From an uncultured delta proteobacterium (GTDB taxonomy: Bacteria; Myxococcota; Kuafuiibacteriia; Kuafuiibacteriales; Kuafuiibacteriaceae): a DNA stretch of 64,000 nt. The stretch lies in NCBI GenBank assembly GCA_963803435.1, contig CAWDML010000001.1, positions 1,696,001-1,760,000 on the forward strand, in the 5' to 3' direction. This document shows positions 59,651-64,000 of the stretch, one piece after another (within the stretch, counting starts at the first letter, position 1; every line of letters begins with the position of its first letter). The notes under the pieces were generated by a model that did no database searches, was not told where the DNA came from, and worked only from the letters and a program-made list of their open reading frames with translations. Position numbers and translations under genes: made by a program.

Positions 59651-62600
59651 GATTCATTCTCCTCATCGAGTCAGGGTTGGACGGCAACAAGAGCAGATAG
59701 CAAGCCGGCACCACCACCAGCGTGAGCAGCGTCGACGCGATCAGCCCCGCGATCATCGCGGAGGCGAGCGGTGGCCAGAGCGGCGAGTCGGACAGGAGCA
59801 GCGGCACCATTCCCGCCACCGTCGTGGTGGTGGTGAGAAAGATAGGGCGTGTCCGCAGGAAGATCGCGCGGCGCATCGCCTCCACCGTCCCTCGGCCCTG
59901 GGCGACCAGATGATCGGCGACGTCGATCAGCACGATCGCGTTGTTCACCACGACGCCGACCAGCGCGATCACGCCGAGCAGCGACATGAAACCGAACGGC
60001 TGGCCCGCGAGCAGCAGGCCCGGGACGACGCCGGCCGCCGCGAGCGGGACCGTGGTCATGATGATGCCCAGGCGCCGGAACGAGTTGAACTCGATCAAGA
60101 TGAACAACAGCAGCAAGACCGCGCCCAGCGGCGCCGCGACCACGATCGCGCGGTTCGCGTCGCCCGAGCCCTCGCTGTTGCCGCCGAGCTCCCAGCGCAC
60201 GCCGGCGGGGAGGTCGGTGGTGCCCAGCGCGGGGATCAGGCGATCGAGCACGCGGCTGTAGGGCACGCCGCTCGCCAGCTGGGCCGCCACGGTGACCACG
60301 CGGCGTCGATCGCGTCGATGGATCACGGCCGGCCGCCAGCGCGCCGAGACCGCGGCGACCTGGCCGACGGGCAGGAGGGAGCCCCGCTCGGTGGTGACGT
60401 AGATGCCGTCGAGACGGTCGGGCGACATCGACTCACCGGCGCCGTCGCGGAGGACGATGGGCACCGGATCGTCCCCGGAGCGCAGCTGTCCGGCGGGCGT
60501 GCCGCGGGTCTGCCGGAGCACCGCGGCAGAGACCAGCGCGCGCGAGGTTCCTCGGCGGCCCGCGGCCGCATCGTCGACCGCGAAGGCGATCGTTGGCGCG
60601 CCGATCCCCAGGTCGTGTCGCACGTGCGCAGCGCCGGGGATCGCCCGGAGCGTGGCCATGACGCGCTCGGCCGCCTCGTAAAGGTCGGGGAGACGGTCGC
60701 CGTACAAGCGCACCTCCACCGGCGACTCGAGCGGCGGGCCCTGCTCCAGGCGCCGCGGGATCACCTCGACCTCCGGGAGCTCGGCGCGCGCGATCTCCTC
60801 GATCCGATCCATGAGAGCATCGACGTCCTCGGGGGAGCGCGTGCGCACCATCAGCTGCGCGAAGTGCGGGCTCTTGGGCCGGTTCGGAAGGTTGTAATAG
60901 AACCTGGGCGTCGAGCGTCCGACGAACGCGGCCACGTGCAGCACCGAGGGCTCGCGAGCGAGCCGCGTCTCCAGCACGCGTGCGCTCTGATCGATCGCGT
61001 CGAGGTGGCTCCCCTCCGGGAGGAGCATCTCGACCACCAGCTGATCGCGCCCCGAGTCGGGGAAGAAGCTCCGGTCCACGAAGAGTGCCCCTGCGCCTGC
61101 GAGCGCCACCGCCACCCCGGCGGCGAAGAGCACCGTCTTCGGACGGCGGCTGCTCACCAGCGATGCCCACGCAGAGAAGCGCGCGATCCGCCGGCTGCGG
61201 CCCCTCGCGCGCGGCCGGAGGAACGTCGCCGCCAGCACAGGCGTCACCACCACCGCGAACACGTAGCTGACCACCAGCGTCAGCATCACGACGATCGGGA
61301 TCGCGCGCGTGAACTCGCCGGTGCTCCCAGACGACATCGCCATCGGGACGAAGGCGGCGACGGTGGTGCCGGTGGCGGTGAGAAGCGGGAACGCGAGCTC
61401 ACGAACCGCGGCGGACGCAGGGTTCGAGATCCCACGGTCCAACCCCTGCTGCACGCTCTCCGCGACCACGATGGCGTTGTCGACCAGCATGCCGAGCGCG
61501 AGCACCATCGCCGCAACCGACAGCTGATGCAGCACGCCACCGCCGAGCGCATAGAGCCCGAGCGACGCCAGCGAGACCAACGGCACCACCGCGGCCACCA
61601 CGGCGCCCAGACGGAGACCCATGAACACGATCAACACCAGCGCGACGATCGCAGCGCCCGAGATCAATGAGGCCCCGAGACCGGAGAGACGGGCCTCCAC
61701 ATAGTCCGGCTGGAAGCTCATCTCGTCGATCACCAGCGGCGCCACTGCGGATCGGACAGAGGTGAGCTCGCGTCGGATCGAGCGGCCGAGTTCGACCACG
61801 TCGATGTTCGCCTTCGGGACCACCGACACGCCCACGCCCGGGGCGCCGTCCCAACGCATCCGCGACTCGGCGGGCTCGGTCGGGCCATAGCGAACGGTCG
61901 CCAGCGATCGCAGCGGGACCGCAGAGCCAGAGGGCAGCACGACCGGCGTGTCCGCGAGATCGTCGAGCGACTGGAACTCCGAGGTCGGCTCGAGGAGGAG
62001 CGCACGATCGCCGAGATGGACCGCACCACCTGGAATCGAGCGGTTGCGCGCCTCCAGCTGCCGCGCCAGCGCCTCCGCGGAGATCCCGAGACGCACCGCC
62101 ACGCGATCGTCCCACTCGATCGTGATCTGCTCACCGGGGTCCGGCTCCAGCTCGACCTTCGACACGCCCGGGACCGCGAGCAACCTGCGGCGCACCTCGC
62201 GGGCCGCGCGCCGCAGCAGAGAGAGGTCCGGACTCCCGGTGATCGCCAGGACCACGGCGTCCTGATCCGAGACCACGTGCGTGTCGAGCTGCGGAGAGAG
62301 CACGCCCTCTGGCAGGTCCGCCTGGGCCTCCACCAGCGCGCGCCGCACCTCGTCCCACGCCGAGTCGACGTCGTCGACGTCGTCCTCGAGCTGGATCTGG
62401 GTCACCGCGACGCCGGCCCGCGCGGTCGCCACCACTCGGTGGATCTCGGCGACCTCGGCGAGCTGGTCCTCGATGGGCTCGACCACCAGCCGCTCGATCG
62501 TCTCCGGATCCGCCCCCGGAAACGGAACGATCAGTAGACCGAAGCGGTCGTGGAGCCGCGGATCCTCCTCGCGTGGCATCGTGAACCAGGAGGCGAGACC

Positions 62601-62672
62601 GGCGGCGGAGAGCGCGAGCGCGACCGTGAGCGCGACACGCTTGCGATCGAGGAGGAGCGCGACCGCGTTCAT
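59643..62672 (-). CDS. RND efflux permease (AcrB/AcrD/AcrF family)
   Basis: MPREEDP, FPGADPETIERLV, LGMLVDNAIVV, RTRPIFLT; 1009 aa. Confidence 0.93.
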   Translation of the reverse strand: MNAVALLLDRKRVALTVALALSAAGLASWFTMPREEDPRLHDRFGLLIVPFPGADPETIERLVVEPIEDQLAEVAEIHRVVATARAGVAVTQIQLEDDVDDVDSAWDEVRRALVEAQADLPEGVLSPQLDTHVVSDQDAVVLAITGSPDLSLLRRAAREVRRRLLAVPGVSKVELEPDPGEQITIEWDDRVAVRLGISAEALARQLEARNRSIPGGAVHLGDRALLLEPTSEFQSLDDLADTPVVLPSGSAVPLRSLATVRYGPTEPAESRMRWDGAPGVGVSVVPKANIDVVELGRSIRRELTSVRSAVAPLVIDEMSFQPDYVEARLSGLGASLISGAAIVALVLIVFMGLRLGAVVAAVVPLVSLASLGLYALGGGVLHQLSVAAMVLALGMLVDNAIVVAESVQQGLDRGISNPASAAVRELAFPLLTATGTTVAAFVPMAMSSGSTGEFTRAIPIVVMLTLVVSYVFAVVVTPVLAATFLRPRARGRSRRIARFSAWASLVSSRRPKTVLFAAGVAVALAGAGALFVDRSFFPDSGRDQLVVEMLLPEGSHLDAIDQSARVLETRLAREPSVLHVAAFVGRSTPRFYYNLPNRPKSPHFAQLMVRTRSPEDVDALMDRIEEIARAELPEVEVIPRRLEQGPPLESPVEVRLYGDRLPDLYEAAERVMATLRAIPGAAHVRHDLGIGAPTIAFAVDDAAAGRRGTSRALVSAAVLRQTRGTPAGQLRSGDDPVPIVLRDGAGESMSPDRLDGIYVTTERGSLLPVGQVAAVSARWRPAVIHRRDRRRVVTVAAQLASGVPYSRVLDRLIPALGTTDLPAGVRWELGGNSEGSGDANRAIVVAAPLGAVLLLLFILIEFNSFRRLGIIMTTVPLAAAGVVPGLLLAGQPFGFMSLLGVIALVGVVVNNAIVLIDVADHLVAQGRGTVEAMRRAIFLRTRPIFLTTTTTVAGMVPLLLSDSPLWPPLASAMIAGLIASTLLTLVVVPACYLLLLPSNPDSMRRMNHV

Positions 62673-63739
62673 CGGCGTACCTCCACCCGATCACCGTCGG
62701 CCAGATTGGCGTGTCCGCCGACGACGACCAGATCGCCCTCGGCAAGATCGCCCTTCACTGCGATCTCGGCGCCGAAGATCTCTCCGGCCTCGACGGTTCG
62801 ACGCTTCGCAACGCTCTCCTTCACCACGAACACGAACGGCTCGGCCCCCGCGCCGGCCACCGCGCCGATCGGAACTGCGGTGACCGGATCCTCGCGGCTC
62901 TGAAAGCGCACCTCGGCGGTGGAGCCCGGCACGATCCTGGCGGCGGGATCGAGCAAGAGGCGCACCGGGAACAGACGCCCCGTGCCGGCGGCTCCGGCGC
63001 CGATCGCCTCGATGCGTGCGGCGTAGCGCTCCCCCGAGCCGGCCAGCGGAAAGCGGACCTCGACCGGAGTCTCCACCTCGAGGCGAGCGCGGACCGACTC
63101 GGGCACCTCGACGCGGATCTCCAGCGCTCCGTCGCCCGCGATCGCGACCACTGGCTGACCCGGCTGCGCGTACTCACCCGACTGCCGGAACAGCTCGGTG
63201 ACCACGCCGTCGAACGGAGCCACCAGCCGTGCCTCCTTGAGCAGGCGCTCGACCTCGCGCCGCTCTGCGACTGCGGCCCTTCGCCGCGCGGTCGCGATCT
63301 CGATCGCGGAGCCGATCTTCTCCACTTGCTGCTTCGTCGCGGCGTTGCCCTGGGCGAGCCGCTCGAGACGCGCGCCGTCGCGCTGGAGCTGCGCGAGCTC
63401 CCGGTCGAGTGCCAGCAGCCCGGCCTCGGCCTGCTCGAGACGAAGCCCGAGCTCTTCGGTCGAGAGGCGCGCCAGCAGCGCGCCGGCGCGGACGCGATCA
63501 CCGACCCCGACCGGACGCGACTCGATCCGGCCCGGGATCGTGAAGGCGAGGACCGCTCGATCCTTCGCCTCGGTCTCTCCGAAGAACAGGAGCGTGCGCT
63601 CGCGGCGGGTCTCGACCGCGGCCACTCGAACTGCCCGCGGTCGCGGCGCCGGAGCGGCCGGCGCCCGGCTGCAGGCCGCAGTGGCGAGCGTGAGCCCGAA
63701 CACATTGATATAACTCACGATTCCAGCCGAACTAAACAT
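62669..63739 (-). CDS. RND periplasmic adaptor (membrane fusion protein)
   Basis: Lipobox ATAAC, VGDRVRAGALLARL, LVAPFDGVV; true start may be GTG 63718 or 63703. Confidence 0.9.
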   Translation of the reverse strand: MFSSAGIVSYINVFGLTLATAACSRAPAAPAPRPRAVRVAAVETRRERTLLFFGETEAKDRAVLAFTIPGRIESRPVGVGDRVRAGALLARLSTEELGLRLEQAEAGLLALDRELAQLQRDGARLERLAQGNAATKQQVEKIGSAIEIATARRRAAVAERREVERLLKEARLVAPFDGVVTELFRQSGEYAQPGQPVVAIAGDGALEIRVEVPESVRARLEVETPVEVRFPLAGSGERYAARIEAIGAGAAGTGRLFPVRLLLDPAARIVPGSTAEVRFQSREDPVTAVPIGAVAGAGAEPFVFVVKESVAKRRTVEAGEIFGAEIAVKGDLAEGDLVVVGGHANLADGDRVEVRR

Positions 63740-63782
63740 CGTTCAGATGAACATGTACGGCGAATCTAAGCGATGTCAAGAT
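63730..63782. promoter_or_regulatory. Two putative TetR operator sites
   Basis: AACTAAACATCGTTCAGAT (63730-63748) and ATCTAAGCGATGTCAAGAT (63764-63782); 14/19 identical in inverted orientation. Confidence 0.6.
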
Positions 63783-63793
63783 GTGTCCGTCGA

Positions 63794-64000
63794 ATGAACA
63801 CGCCCAAACCGCCGGGCCGATATCACCACGGCGATCTGAGGCACGCGCTGGTCGAGGCCGCACTCGACGTGATCGCCGAGGAGGGTGTGGACGCCATCTC
63901 ACTGCGGCAGCTCGCCAGGAAGATCGGCGTCACCACCGCCGCGCCCTATCACCACTTCAAGGACAAGGAGGCGGTGCTGGCCGCGGTGGCCGCGGAGGGC
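63794..64000 (+). CDS. TetR family regulator (partial, runs off window end)
   Basis: MNTPKPPGRYHHGDLRHALVEAAL...SLRQLARKIGVTTAAPYHHFKDKE. Confidence 0.9.
   Translation, partial: MNTPKPPGRYHHGDLRHALVEAALDVIAEEGVDAISLRQLARKIGVTTAAPYHHFKDKEAVLAAVAAEG

Overview
GC-rich bacterial window with Myxococcota-like gene content (TIGR02266/PilZ-type domains, a MYXO-CTERM-like tail, Cys-rich lipoproteins, a Ser/Thr kinase, sigma54 promoters). It carries housekeeping and metabolic genes (sucCD, icd, alaS, a maltose-type sugar ABC operon, an aldehyde dehydrogenase), several signalling systems and an RND efflux unit. The main feature is a ~20 kb non-flagellar type III secretion cluster (sctL-N-O-P, sctQ-fliO-sctR-S-T, sctU, SctX/Y-like pair, filament-like gene, TPR chaperone, sctV). 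No secretin, sctJ/D, classical needle or flagellar axial gene is recognisable in the window. The cluster encodes a 404-aa Gly/Met-rich protein ending in a Bsp22/EspA/needle-like helical hairpin; a 371-aa paralog with an almost identical hairpin lies ~32 kb upstream. A shared sigma28-like promoter precedes the in-cluster copy and the FliK/SctP-like gene. Two PilZ-Hsp70 fusions flank the cluster, one with a ~240-aa charged repeat and a degenerate ATPase domain. sctN has an in-frame TAG and a frameshift, and other single-base lesions occur, so sequence error is plausible. No rRNA, tRNA, CRISPR array or transposase was recognised. All family calls come from motif recognition by eye, not from database searches.
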